NCBI GenBank assembly: GCA_038064575.1
Contig: JBBTST010000003.1
Span: forward strand, 6,751 to 70,750
Source: Patescibacteria group bacterium
GTDB lineage: Bacteria > Patescibacteriota > WWE3 > UBA101185 > 2-01-FULL-41-18
Direction: 5' to 3'
Length of the DNA: 64,000 bases
The notes under the pieces are model-generated. The model made no database searches. It was not told the DNA's origin and was given only the letters and a program-made list of their open reading frames with translations. The translations under genes and the position numbers were made by a program. This document shows, piece after piece, positions 1 through 10,337 of the stretch (position 1 is its first letter; each line of letters begins with the position of its first letter).

Positions 1-1450
1 GCCAGGGGAAGACCTCTCTTCCAAGCGCTGTTAACTGGTAAACCCGCATGTCTTTCTTTGATAGCATAGAAATGGTGTTTGCATTCCAATAGTCTGATAA
101 ACCATATTTAAGGTTGTAAGTTTCTCTGTTTTCATCAATACACTTTACAAGAGACGGGTAATAATTGGTAAGTGAGTTTAGCTCTTTTGCGGATACCAAG
201 TTATAAAAACTAAAAAGCAAAACTGCGGGTACTGCAAACAAGCAAAAAAGGACTGATTTTAAGTGTTTAAGGGCTTCTAACTCAGCCAAAATAAGAATAT
301 GAAATAAGACAACAAAAAAAGGCAGAATCAAAAGAGGGGTCAGATATCTTAAATGCACTATACCCCTATACAACCTACTCAAAAGCGTTCCTGACAAGTC
401 AGAAAATGAGAGGAAAACAAAAAAAAGTGAGAATAAGATGAACCGCGGATTTGCGGTATAAGTTTTTAAAAGCTTCCCTTTTTTTGGAAACTTTTCAGCA
501 AAAAGAAAAAGAGCAATATTAAAGATGGAAAAGAGCAAAGCAAGAAAGAAAAGAATCGTACTTATCCACAGCTCATTAGAAAATGAGTATTCCACGGAGG
601 CTATGTTTACTGACAAAGTTTTATAATAGAAAAAAGAGCTAATGTCCTTAACAAAAGCAGCAACTGAGGTTTGATCCCACCCGGTTCTAGGACTTGTTGG
701 CAGGGGAATAAAATTAACATATAACAGATGCCCACAGGAAAATGCGGTAAAAAAAATCCCAAAGTAATAAATACTTCTTTTGAAGTAACCTTTTCCTCTC
801 TTAATAAGAGCGTATGCAAGCATTGCCAAAATAATAGGTATCATAAAATGGATGATCAGAAGTCTGTCAAAAGCCGTGGTTGCCAAAGTTAGAAAAAAAA
901 TAAGCAGGTATCTTAAAATAGTACCTTCCTCAAAAAACCACTTGAGGGTAAGAAAAAGTAAAAACAGACTAATCACAAGTGTGCCTACATGAAAATTAGG
1001 GGAAATTATAAAAGCCATTATCAAAAAAAAGTACCCTTTTGCAAATAAATGAATCAGAATTGATGAAAAAAGAAGCACAAGACCCTTACTAAAGGTGTTC
1101 TTTGAAAATAAGCCGAACAGCAAATAGAGACCCACAAAAATAAAAGCAAAAAGTAAAACTGCAGTGAAAACTATAGCCAGTTTAAAATTTGGTGAGAACA
1201 ACTCTATAAATATATAAACCAAAAAATCAGGAAAGAAAGAAGGGGAATCTGCAAACATCCAACCGTCAAAATCAAAACCGTCTTCAAAAATATCTTTATA
1301 GATTGTAGGGTGTGAAAGCGCATCGGAATTAAAAAAAAGCCGATTGTCTAAAGTCCCATTTACAACTGCCCCAAAAAAACTTAGAAAGGATAACAAAAGA
1401 AACATGAAAAGCAAAATCCTTAATGTGTTTTCTTTGTTTTTTTTAATCAT
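1..1450 (-). CDS. Polytopic membrane protein, probable GT-C-fold glycosyltransferase (partial; runs off the window start)
   Basis: Not in the ORF track because it has no stop in the window. My translation from ATG 1450 gives MIKKNKENTLRILLFMFLLLSF...FNSDALSHPTIYKDIFEDGFDFDGWMFADSPSFFPD. The same frame is open at spot checks near 600 and 90 (KYGLSDYWNAN). It has many hydrophobic segments and starts 3 nt after the mutL stop. Confidence 0.7.
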   Translation of the reverse strand, partial: MIKKNKENTLRILLFMFLLLSFLSFFGAVVNGTLDNRLFFNSDALSHPTIYKDIFEDGFDFDGWMFADSPSFFPDFLVYIFIELFSPNFKLAIVFTAVLLFAFIFVGLYLLFGLFSKNTFSKGLVLLFSSILIHLFAKGYFFLIMAFIISPNFHVGTLVISLFLLFLTLKWFFEEGTILRYLLIFFLTLATTAFDRLLIIHFMIPIILAMLAYALIKRGKGYFKRSIYYFGIFFTAFSCGHLLYVNFIPLPTSPRTGWDQTSVAAFVKDISSFFYYKTLSVNIASVEYSFSNELWISTILFFLALLFSIFNIALFLFAEKFPKKGKLLKTYTANPRFILFSLFFVFLSFSDLSGTLLSRLYRGIVHLRYLTPLLILPFFVVLFHILILAELEALKHLKSVLFCLFAVPAVLLFSFYNLVSAKELNSLTNYYPSLVKCIDENRETYNLKYGLSDYWNANTISMLSKKDMRVYQLTALGREVFPW

Positions 1451-1453
1451 TCC

Positions 1454-3115
1454 TTACTTTCTCTTAAAAAACTTGTCTAATTCTTTTATAGAAAGTTCAA
1501 TTCTCACAGGTCTGCCGTGGGGACAAGTGTCCAGAAAGTCTGACCCCATAGCTTTTTCAACAAGTTTTTTCCTAGTTTCAGGGTCTATTTTATCTCCGGC
1601 TTTTATAGCGCTTCTACAGGCTATGGTAGCAAGCAGTTTATGACTCATGGAGTCAACGTTAGATACCGTTTTGATTTGAGAAAGCTCGTTTACTATTTCC
1701 AAAAGTAAGACATCCAAGCTTAGAGAAGAAAGCACGTAAGGCACTAAGCTTACTCTATAAGTGGTTGTACCAAACTCTTCAATTTCAAAGCCAAGCCCAT
1801 TTAGTAAATCAAGATGCTCATCCAAAACAGCTTTGAAATTTAGCGGGATGTCTATAATCACCGGAGTATCAAACCTATGATAGGTGTTTTTACCCTTTTC
1901 AAATTCTTTTTTTAACTCGTTAAAAAGTATTTTTTCATGAGTAGCGTGTTGATCAAATATCAAGATCTTGTTGTCTTTTGCACAAAGTAAGTAAAGGTTA
2001 CCAATCTGTAAAACCTCGTTTTCCTCTGAACCCTTTAAAAATAACCCCTGAGTACTAGAAAGTGCTTCAGATAAACCTTTATAACTTTCTTTAAACTTAT
2101 CATCTACAAACTCCACCCCAAATGCCAGATTGGCATCCCTAAGACTTCTTGTGACAGATTCAAAAATTGCGCTATTTACTTTTTTTTCTTCAAAAAAAAG
2201 CACTTCTTCTTTTCTGGGATGAATATTGGCGTCTATTTTAGAAGCAGGCATGTTCACAAAAACCACAGCAAGCGGGAAGGAGGGCGCATCCAATAAATCT
2301 GAGTAGGCTTTTTTTATAAGCTCACGCAAAGTTAATGATGAAATACATCTGTCATTTACATAAGTAAACATGTTATTTCTAAAAGGAAACCTGATCCCTG
2401 GGTGAGAAATAAAGCCGGAAATTTGTGTATCATCAACTGCAGTGTTTAGAGCAATCAGCCCATTAGTAACACTACTTCCAAAAGCCGTTCCGATTCTTGT
2501 TTTCAAAGTGCCCTTCTTAGCATTGAGAACTTCTTTTCCATTATGTAAAACTAGAAATGAAACTTGGGGATGAGAAAAAAGAAAAGGGATAATAGTATTT
2601 AATATAGCCTGGAAGTTGTGTTTCTGAGCGCTAAGAAAGGCTCTTCTGGGTGGTAAATTAATAAACAAGTCTTCCGCTATTACCTGTGTCCCAGACCTCA
2701 TTCCGGATACATCAAAGGAAAGTAGTTCTCCTCCTTTGAGCAAAGCTGTATAACCAAAGCTTTGACCCTTTGGCCTGCTTTTTAAAATGAGGTTGCTTAC
2801 CTGAGAAATACTGTACAGAGCCTCACCCCTAAAACCATAGGAAGAAATAAAACTTAAATCCTCCAAATTAGAAATTTTACTTGTTGTAAATTGTTTGAAA
2901 CAAAGTGCAATATCCTCCTTTTCCATGCCGGTACCATCGTCACTAACTTTAATTAGATCCAACCCAAAGTTTTTAAGCTCAATTGTGATTGTTTTTGATT
3001 TAGCGTCAAGAGAGTTTTCAATAAGTTCCTTAATAACTGCGCTGGGTCTGTGTATTACCTCTCCGGCTGCAATTTTTGACACAACATCTTTAGGCAAGAC
3101 TTTTATTTTCCCCAT
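1454..3115 (-). CDS. mutL: DNA mismatch repair endonuclease MutL
   Basis: N-terminal KIAAGEVI..P..VIKELIENSLDA and GFRGEAL (GHKL ATPase). C-terminal endonuclease motifs DQHATHE, ACR and CPHGRP. Confidence 0.97.
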   Translation of the reverse strand: MGKIKVLPKDVVSKIAAGEVIHRPSAVIKELIENSLDAKSKTITIELKNFGLDLIKVSDDGTGMEKEDIALCFKQFTTSKISNLEDLSFISSYGFRGEALYSISQVSNLILKSRPKGQSFGYTALLKGGELLSFDVSGMRSGTQVIAEDLFINLPPRRAFLSAQKHNFQAILNTIIPFLFSHPQVSFLVLHNGKEVLNAKKGTLKTRIGTAFGSSVTNGLIALNTAVDDTQISGFISHPGIRFPFRNNMFTYVNDRCISSLTLRELIKKAYSDLLDAPSFPLAVVFVNMPASKIDANIHPRKEEVLFFEEKKVNSAIFESVTRSLRDANLAFGVEFVDDKFKESYKGLSEALSSTQGLFLKGSEENEVLQIGNLYLLCAKDNKILIFDQHATHEKILFNELKKEFEKGKNTYHRFDTPVIIDIPLNFKAVLDEHLDLLNGLGFEIEEFGTTTYRVSLVPYVLSSLSLDVLLLEIVNELSQIKTVSNVDSMSHKLLATIACRSAIKAGDKIDPETRKKLVEKAMGSDFLDTCPHGRPVRIELSIKELDKFFKRK

Positions 3116-3118
3116 ACT

Positions 3119-5659
3119 TTACTTTACAACAACTATCTTTTTCTTTAATTCCTTGAGTTTTACATTTAGGGTATCAAGCTCTTTTGAAAAATCAACAAAA
3201 CTACCCTGAGCTTTAACAGCCTCCAACTCGTTAAGAATATGCAGGGCTCTTGAAGTAACTTCTTTTGGAACACCGGCAAGAGAGGCTACAGCTATACCAT
3301 AGCTATGACTTGCACCGCCTCTTACAACCCTGTGAATAAATACAGGACTCCCATCAATTTCTTTAACAGCAACTTGAAAATTTTTAACCTTTCTTGGTAA
3401 CAATTCCTCTAGCTTTTGAAGCTCATGATAATGAGTTGCAAACAAAGTCTTTGGTGTCTTCCCCCAGTCATTTTCAAGCAAGTACTCACATACTGCCCAT
3501 GCAATACTGATACCATCATAAGTACTGGTCCCACGCCCTACCTCATCCATTATCACAAGACTATTCTTTGTAGCATTATTAAGTATATTTGCGGTCTCTA
3601 CCATCTCTACCATAAATGTGGACAATCCGGAGGAAATCACATCAGACGCACCGCTTCTCACAAAAATCTTATCTACAATGCAAAGGCTTGCTTTACTTGC
3701 CGGCACAAATGATCCCATTTGGTTAAGCAGACAAATAAGTGCTATTTGTCTTACAAAAACTGATTTTCCGGACATATTCGGGCCAGTCAAAATTAGCATT
3801 TGATTCGTGTGAAGGTCCAAGGTAACGGTGTTAGGAACAAAGTCCCCTGTTGGCAACAACCTTTCCACCATAGGATGCCGCCCATTAATAATTGTTATTG
3901 ATCCTTTGTTTTGAATACTTGGTCTGACATAATCAAAACTGATAGCTAACTTTGCAAAAGATAACAAACAATCCAAAAGTGCTACAGCCGATGAAGCCTT
4001 CTTAATAACCAAGCATTTCTCCAATATACCCCCGCAAAGACTTTTGAAAATGGTGTATTCTATTTCCTCCATTTGTTCTTGAGCAGATAAGATTATTTCT
4101 TCATGTTTTTTAAGCTCTTCAGTTATGAATCGTTCCCCATTTACCAGCGTTTGTTTTCTCAGGTAATCAGAAGGCACATGCTCTGCATTGGTCTTGCTAA
4201 CCTCAATATAATAACCAAAAACTTTGTTAAACCTAACTTTTAAAGAATTTATTCCACTTCTTGCTTTCTCTTTTGCTTCCAAAGAAGCAATAAATTCTTT
4301 GCTGCCTTTGATTTTTGTTCTAAGCGTATCAAGTTTCACATTGACTCCGCTTTTCACAAAGCCTCCTGACTTAGAATCAAAAGGAGGTTCTTCAAGCAGC
4401 GTGCTTTCTATTTTTTCAATAAGTGTAGCTAAGTTTGCATCAATTTCCTTTTGCAAGTGCTTGAAAAGGTTGGATTTACAATCCTTTAATAACTCTTTGA
4501 CTTCCAAAATTTTGACAAGAGAGGCTTTCAAGAAAATTAGATCCGCTGGTCCGCATAAAAGAGCGGAGACCCTAGCAATAATACGCTCAACGTCACCTAC
4601 CTGAGACAAAAGATCTTTAAGTTTAGCTCTTAAATAAGCTTTTTTTACCAATTCTTCAACACAGGCATGCCTATCAATAATGTGCTTCTTATTAAGCAGA
4701 GGTTTAAACATTAATTCTCTTAGTTTTCTGCCACCCATTGAAGTAAGCGAGCCATCAATAACTTCCAACAGAGTTCCACGCTTTTCCCTATCTCTTATTG
4801 TTGAAGAAAGTTCCAGATTAACAATTGTGGCTTTATCAAGGCTCATAAACTCATGGCCTCCCAATAATTTTAATTCTCTTATCTGATAAACTTTGTCTTT
4901 TTGGGTATATTTAAGATAACCCAAAAGCACTGAAGCAGCTCTGACTGCATACTCTTTACCCTCCAAACCAAAGCCAAGAAGAGACCCTACCTTAAAATGG
5001 TTTATTAAATGCTCTTGGGCTCTGTTAACAAAAAGCTCCCAATCGGAAAAAGGGAAAATGCTCCCATCACAGGCCTCCCTAATAGTTTTAAGAAGCTCAG
5101 AATTCTCATAATTTTCTTTGTGTAACAAGACTTCTGAAGGATTTAGCCTGGCAAGCTCATTCTTCAGCGATTCAAACGGTGAGGCAGTTTCCCATTGGGA
5201 AACAAAAAAATCCCCGGTAGAAATATCTGCACAAGCAATGGCTAAAAACACGCCTTTTACTTCTATACTACACACATAGTTATTTTTATTTTTGTCCAGA
5301 ATATGCTCATCAAGAATAGTACCAGGAGTAATAACCCTTACAACATCCCTTTTAACAAGTCCTTTGACTTTTGAAGGATCTTCAAGCTGTTCGCAAATTG
5401 CGATTTTAAAGCCATTTCTTACAAGCTTTGCAAGATATGAATCTACAGCGTGATAGGGAACTCCACACATTGGTATCCTCCCATCTTTTCCGCGCGAACG
5501 GCTGGTTAGCGTAATATCAAGAACTGATGAGGCTTTCTTTGCATCCTCCAGAAACATCTCATAAAAATCTCCTAGTCTAAAAAAAAGCAAACAATCAGGA
5601 TATCTTTTTTTAATGTCCTGGTACTGCTTCATCATTGGAGTTGAAAACTGATCATTCAT
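3119..5659 (-). CDS. mutS: DNA mismatch repair protein MutS
   Basis: TPMMKQY, GDFYEMF, Walker A TGPNMSGKS, STFMVEM, DEVGRGTST, FATHYHEL, SYGIAVA. Confidence 0.98.
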   Translation of the reverse strand: MNDQFSTPMMKQYQDIKKRYPDCLLFFRLGDFYEMFLEDAKKASSVLDITLTSRSRGKDGRIPMCGVPYHAVDSYLAKLVRNGFKIAICEQLEDPSKVKGLVKRDVVRVITPGTILDEHILDKNKNNYVCSIEVKGVFLAIACADISTGDFFVSQWETASPFESLKNELARLNPSEVLLHKENYENSELLKTIREACDGSIFPFSDWELFVNRAQEHLINHFKVGSLLGFGLEGKEYAVRAASVLLGYLKYTQKDKVYQIRELKLLGGHEFMSLDKATIVNLELSSTIRDREKRGTLLEVIDGSLTSMGGRKLRELMFKPLLNKKHIIDRHACVEELVKKAYLRAKLKDLLSQVGDVERIIARVSALLCGPADLIFLKASLVKILEVKELLKDCKSNLFKHLQKEIDANLATLIEKIESTLLEEPPFDSKSGGFVKSGVNVKLDTLRTKIKGSKEFIASLEAKEKARSGINSLKVRFNKVFGYYIEVSKTNAEHVPSDYLRKQTLVNGERFITEELKKHEEIILSAQEQMEEIEYTIFKSLCGGILEKCLVIKKASSAVALLDCLLSFAKLAISFDYVRPSIQNKGSITIINGRHPMVERLLPTGDFVPNTVTLDLHTNQMLILTGPNMSGKSVFVRQIALICLLNQMGSFVPASKASLCIVDKIFVRSGASDVISSGLSTFMVEMVETANILNNATKNSLVIMDEVGRGTSTYDGISIAWAVCEYLLENDWGKTPKTLFATHYHELQKLEELLPRKVKNFQVAVKEIDGSPVFIHRVVRGGASHSYGIAVASLAGVPKEVTSRALHILNELEAVKAQGSFVDFSKELDTLNVKLKELKKKIVVVK

Positions 5660-5747
5660 GATAGGACCATTTTAACAAATCCCATAAAAGGAGTACCAAA
5701 TTGGAAACCTATAAGGTATATTCAATTTAAGAAAGGATCAGATAAAC

Positions 5748-5972
5748 ATGACCGTTACAATTGTATTAATAGAACCCGAAGTTGAAATTACTGTAGACGG
5801 GGTCAAATACAAAGTGGGGGAAGCCCCCTGTAAACTCATGAATACTGCACTTGAGATGCATTTTATCCAAGGAGGCTGGGTTGATGGGTTGATAGTCCTA
5901 GCAGCTGCCGGAAACGGTAGGAGAAAAACCTTCAAGGTTGAAAAAATTGGAAGGATACTTATTAGCAACTGA
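5748..5972 (+). CDS. Small hypothetical protein
   Basis: 74-aa ORF with an AAAGGA SD-like site and TATATT upstream; divergent from mutS. Confidence 0.55.
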   Translation: MTVTIVLIEPEVEITVDGVKYKVGEAPCKLMNTALEMHFIQGGWVDGLIVLAAAGNGRRKTFKVEKIGRILISN

Positions 5973-6085
5973 GCGGAGATTTTGAATGTGAATCTTCGCT
6001 CAATTACTTTTTAATTTGTGCTTTACACTATATTAGTCTGTTCAACATTGACTAATTAGATTATAATCTTAGCAGAGGAGGAAAT

Positions 6086-6751
6086 ATGAAACTTAGATTA
6101 CTTGCAGCTCTTATAACCGTCACCATTACAATTGTGATGTTTCCGGGAGCATCATATGCTAAAGAGGGATCTGATGCTCAAGATAGTACAGAATCCACAA
6201 AACCCGCACCTCCAAGCTGGAAAGAAAAACTTAAAAATTTTCTTGATTTAAGAAAACAAAAAAAAGATGAGTATCAGCAAAATAAAGAAAACTTCAAGCA
6301 GGAAAAAAAAGAACTTAAAGAGCAGTTCGTTGAGAATAAGTGCGATGTTGCAACAAAGAGAATAGACACAAAGATTAATGCTTTTGATCAAAACAAAGCA
6401 AGACATATTGAGCGCTATAATCTCCTTAAAGATAAAATAAAGAATTTTATAGATCGGGCAAAAGCCAAAGGTCTTAACACATCTAAGCTTGAAGCCGATC
6501 TTGCCACGCTTGACGAGAAGATCAAAAAATTTGCGACAGACTATGCAAATTACATTAAAGAACTGCGAGATACAAAGGCATTTGCCTGCGGTAACTCCGA
6601 GGGGCAATTCAAACAAGCTCTTTCTGAGGCAAGAGAGGCTATGAAAAAAGTTCATGAAGATGCCAAGGATATAAGGCACTTCTATACCCAAACAATCAAA
6701 GAGGACCTAAAGGCATTGAGGCAACAGCTAAAAAACACGACCACAGAATAA
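6086..6751 (+). CDS. Secreted alpha-helical/coiled-coil protein
   Basis: Signal peptide ending ASYA, K/E-rich helical body, GAGGAGG SD, TATAAT at 6062. Confidence 0.8.
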   Translation: MKLRLLAALITVTITIVMFPGASYAKEGSDAQDSTESTKPAPPSWKEKLKNFLDLRKQKKDEYQQNKENFKQEKKELKEQFVENKCDVATKRIDTKINAFDQNKARHIERYNLLKDKIKNFIDRAKAKGLNTSKLEADLATLDEKIKKFATDYANYIKELRDTKAFACGNSEGQFKQALSEAREAMKKVHEDAKDIRHFYTQTIKEDLKALRQQLKNTTTE

Positions 6752-6771
6752 TTAAGCGTTGTGATTGTAAT

Positions 6772-7089
6772 ATGAAATTTAAATTTTTACTTGTTTTTGT
6801 GTCGATTATAGCGATAATGGGGCTCTTCTCCCTCAAAGGGCAGAATAAGACTACAGCACCAGAAGTCGCTAACGCTACGGACGAATCTTTCATAACCGAA
6901 GAGGATTTTACTGACTTTGACCTTGATTCCAACCTTGAACTTCTGCAACCCGATGTAGATACCGACCTGGGCGCCTCAACAACTTTGAAAGATGAAGATT
7001 TGGAGAAAGAGCTGGAGGCACTTGATAACACCATGGAAAATACAAATCCCGACGATTTTTCTGATGATTTAGACGATCTAGCCCAATAA
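6772..7089 (+). CDS. Membrane-anchored or secreted acidic protein
   Basis: N-terminal hydrophobic helix, then a very D/E-rich tail; 20 nt after the previous gene. Confidence 0.7.
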   Translation: MKFKFLLVFVSIIAIMGLFSLKGQNKTTAPEVANATDESFITEEDFTDFDLDSNLELLQPDVDTDLGASTTLKDEDLEKELEALDNTMENTNPDDFSDDLDDLAQ

Positions 7090-7094
7090 AACCT

Positions 7095-8816
7095 TTAAAC
7101 CAAAGCTACTTTTGATTTTTCCTCATCTATAACCCCCTTTTCAATTTTCTTAAATAGAGGCTTTGCTTCAGACACTTTTACCACCCTAAGATCTTTTGAT
7201 CGAGTTAAGACGTCCTTCCAACAATCCGGCTTTTGTATAGAAAGCATGGCATAAACTTTTTGACACGTATCAGGAATTAAAGGAAGCAAAAGATCGGTAA
7301 GGACCAAGACCGCAAAGGTTAGATTTTTTACAACAGTATCATAGGCCTTTTTATTATCTTTGTTCTTCCACGGTTCTTTGCTCGTCAGGTACTCATTTGC
7401 AAAAGAAGACAGTTTTAAAACAGCTTCAAGGTAGCTTTTGTATTCACAATGGTCCAAATGATTACAGGCGTTTTCATAAGCTGCTTTTACTTTTTCAAAA
7501 ACGGTGGTGTCGACCTCATAAGACCCTTGCAAAAAATCAACATCTTTTGCAAGCGTTAGAACCCGGTTTATCAGATTTCCAAAGTTTCCAATAAGAACAT
7601 TGTTAACTTTCTGGTAAAAATCCTCCCAAGAGAAATTAGCGTCGGAATTTTCCGGCATTATCAAACAAAGATAAAAACGTAAAATGTCATTGCCATACTT
7701 CTCAACAGCATATCTAGTGTCAACAATGACCTCTCTGCTCTTAGAAAACTTTTTACCTTCAAGGTTTAAAAACTGATTGATTGCAAAAAAGTTGGGGAGG
7801 TTCAGCTTCTCATCATACCCGTGAAGCTGTCCCGGCCAAAAAAGTGTATGGAAAATGAGGTTGTCTTTACCCATAAAGTAATAATGTGTTGAATCCCCGC
7901 CAAACCAAAACTTCCTCCAATCGCCTTTTTTTAAGAGGTCACCCCACTCAATACTTGCAGATAAGTAACCAATTACAGCATCAAACCACACATAAATTCT
8001 TTTGTTTTCTATGCCTGAAATCTTTTGATCGTTGGGAATTCTATCAAGCGGAAGTTCAACACCCCAGTCAAGATCACGGGTAATTGCTCTTGCTTTAAGA
8101 CCCTGCTTTAACCAACCCAATGTTTCGTTAAACACCCAATCGCGCCAGCCAAGCTCATGAAGATGCGGCATTTCAACATATTCTTCCAAGAATTCCTGAA
8201 AGAGAGGCCAGTCTAAAAAATAATGCTCGGATTCTTTTAGCACAACAGGACTTCCGGATACCCTGCTCACAGGCTTCAAAAGTTCCCCCTGATCAAGAAC
8301 CGCCCCACATTTCTCACACTGGTCACTTCGAGCACCATCAAAACCGCATTTTGGGCACTTTCCTTCAACGTAGCGATCGGGCAAAAACCTGTTCTCGTTA
8401 TTGGAGTAGTACTGCATAGAAACACCTTTAAAGATATAACCTTTTTCCAAAAGCTTTAGAAAAATGTCTTGAGTCACCTTTTTGTGGTTTTCCGTGTCGG
8501 TTTTTGTGTAAAGGTCATAAGAGAGTCCAAGAAGGTCAAAGAGCTCCACATCTCTGGCGTGATAACCGGCAACTACTTCTTTTGGTGTCTTGCCACTTTT
8601 GTCCGCCTCTACCGTTATGGGAGTTCCAAAGCAATCCGAACCCGAAACCATTAAGACGTCTCTCCCACGCAGCCTGTTATATCTTGCGCAAATGTCTGAG
8701 GGCAAAAGATAACCTGCATAATGCCCTATGTGAAGATCCCCATTCACATACGGCCAGGCAACGCCTATAAATACTTTGTTTTTTGGTTTGCTTGGTATCA
8801 CAACTGGCAAGGTCAT
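7095..8816 (-). CDS. metG: Methionine--tRNA ligase
   Basis: AWPYVNGDLHIGH, zinc knuckle CPKC..CEKC, YVWFDA, GKDN, KFSKS. No C-terminal tRNA-binding appendix. Confidence 0.97.
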   Translation of the reverse strand: MTLPVVIPSKPKNKVFIGVAWPYVNGDLHIGHYAGYLLPSDICARYNRLRGRDVLMVSGSDCFGTPITVEADKSGKTPKEVVAGYHARDVELFDLLGLSYDLYTKTDTENHKKVTQDIFLKLLEKGYIFKGVSMQYYSNNENRFLPDRYVEGKCPKCGFDGARSDQCEKCGAVLDQGELLKPVSRVSGSPVVLKESEHYFLDWPLFQEFLEEYVEMPHLHELGWRDWVFNETLGWLKQGLKARAITRDLDWGVELPLDRIPNDQKISGIENKRIYVWFDAVIGYLSASIEWGDLLKKGDWRKFWFGGDSTHYYFMGKDNLIFHTLFWPGQLHGYDEKLNLPNFFAINQFLNLEGKKFSKSREVIVDTRYAVEKYGNDILRFYLCLIMPENSDANFSWEDFYQKVNNVLIGNFGNLINRVLTLAKDVDFLQGSYEVDTTVFEKVKAAYENACNHLDHCEYKSYLEAVLKLSSFANEYLTSKEPWKNKDNKKAYDTVVKNLTFAVLVLTDLLLPLIPDTCQKVYAMLSIQKPDCWKDVLTRSKDLRVVKVSEAKPLFKKIEKGVIDEEKSKVALV

Positions 8817-8871
8817 AGCTGAAAGTATAGACTAAAAGATAATGTGCGCAAAAGGTTAAATTAGGTTGAGA

Positions 8872-9105
8872 TTAGAAAGAATTCTCCCAAAAGTTATGAG
8901 ACACATTTTGCTCACAAAAACACTTGGTTTCCGGCTCGTTACACTTTGCACATTTTCTAAGCAGAAATCTTGCCCCGCACACATGATTAGCATCATAAGC
9001 TTCCGTTTCAACCCCACAGGACTCACACTTAAAGCCTTTAACTTCCCCTCCGCACATTATGCAAAAATCTTTTCTTAAACTTTCACCACCTGCTTTTAAA
9101 GTCAT
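8872..9105 (-). CDS. Small Cys-rich (zinc-ribbon-like) protein
   Basis: CIMC, CESC, HVC, CAKC and CFC in ~77 aa. ATG 9105 preferred over the upstream GTG because TATAAT lies between them. Confidence 0.6.
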   Translation of the reverse strand: MTLKAGGESLRKDFCIMCGGEVKGFKCESCGVETEAYDANHVCGARFLLRKCAKCNEPETKCFCEQNVSHNFWENSF

Positions 9106-9212
9106 ACTAAAAACTCTATAGTTATTATATATCACAAAAATTCACTTGGGAGGAAACTATGTTCACCGCATACTCATCCCTCCATCTTTGTAAGCAGGCC
9201 TTCTTTTAAAAT

Positions 9213-10268
9213 TTATTTCCAAAAAGCCTTTGATGCGTTCCAGAAAAAAGGCTCGTTGTTAAACTCCTTTTCCCAGTACCACCACTCAGCACCCCAAAAA
9301 TAAAACGCGCCGATTCCGGTTTTTTGAGCATAGCTCATTGTTTCAAAAAACTTATCCTTAGACATGGTTCTATCTTTCACATCCAAAGTTAACTCATTAA
9401 CAGCACCATCCCCCCAAGGCTCTGCCTGAAGCTCAAGAACAACTACTTTATCAAGAGGTATTCCAAGTATTCTGGCTTTTAAGGGATAGGACCAATGGGA
9501 TAAGGGATAAGTAAAAAAGATGTGCTTCCCAAAAATTACCCCCCAGAAGTCATACCAGATTCTTCTGTACATACTAATCCCAAGGTAGTCACCAAGCTTA
9601 TAGGTTGGCAGCCAAAAGCCCCCCTCACCGCTGTCCTGCACAATTATTGGTCTGGAATCTAGTAAGCGAACCAGATTAACCTCACTTCTGACAAATTCCC
9701 ATCTAGGAAAGTCACACTCTCCAAAAGGAAAATATGGCTCGTTTTCAACTTGCCAGATTTTTATATTGTCATAGTTTTTAAAGTGTTCAACCTCTACTTT
9801 GAGAAGTTCCAGAAGTCTTTTTTCTTGTTCCTGGTCAGATAACTTCTTAGCCCATTTAGGCAAATGGCACTCCGGCCATCTTGGTACTTTTCTACCAAGA
9901 GCCAAAACAACACTTACATTTCTTTTTTTAGCTTCAGTAAGCTGCCAATCAAGCTCTGAAAAATCATAAATACCTCTTTCCTTCTCAATTTTGCTCCAGT
10001 ACGCAACAAGCCTTAGATTGTTAACTTTAAGATCATCTAGCAGAGCCAGATAAACTTTTTTCCAGTCTCCAGTTAGAAACTGGGCATATTCAGGTGAAAA
10101 ATTAGCCCCATAAGTAATGTCCTGTGAAGGCTTAACATCAAGAGCTATAGCAAAAAGAAAAGGGATGATAAGAAATACAAAAAATAAAACAAGAGTAAGC
10201 TGAACTAATTTATTAGAAAGAATTTTTGTAAGGTCTCTTGATAAGTGCCGTGGAAGGTTTGAGGGCAT
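9213..10268 (-). CDS. Membrane-anchored clan GH-A glycoside hydrolase (GH5/GH42-like)
   Basis: N-terminal TM helix; YWSKIE..G.YDFSELDWQ; acid/base WQVENEP; probable nucleophile in ELQAEPW. Confidence 0.8.
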   Translation of the reverse strand: MPSNLPRHLSRDLTKILSNKLVQLTLVLFFVFLIIPFLFAIALDVKPSQDITYGANFSPEYAQFLTGDWKKVYLALLDDLKVNNLRLVAYWSKIEKERGIYDFSELDWQLTEAKKRNVSVVLALGRKVPRWPECHLPKWAKKLSDQEQEKRLLELLKVEVEHFKNYDNIKIWQVENEPYFPFGECDFPRWEFVRSEVNLVRLLDSRPIIVQDSGEGGFWLPTYKLGDYLGISMYRRIWYDFWGVIFGKHIFFTYPLSHWSYPLKARILGIPLDKVVVLELQAEPWGDGAVNELTLDVKDRTMSKDKFFETMSYAQKTGIGAFYFWGAEWWYWEKEFNNEPFFWNASKAFWK

Positions 10269-10337
10269 AAATCAATAATAACAAATCCAAGGCTTTATTG
10301 ATTGTGCCCAGGTTCTACCAAAAGGACTAAATGAATG

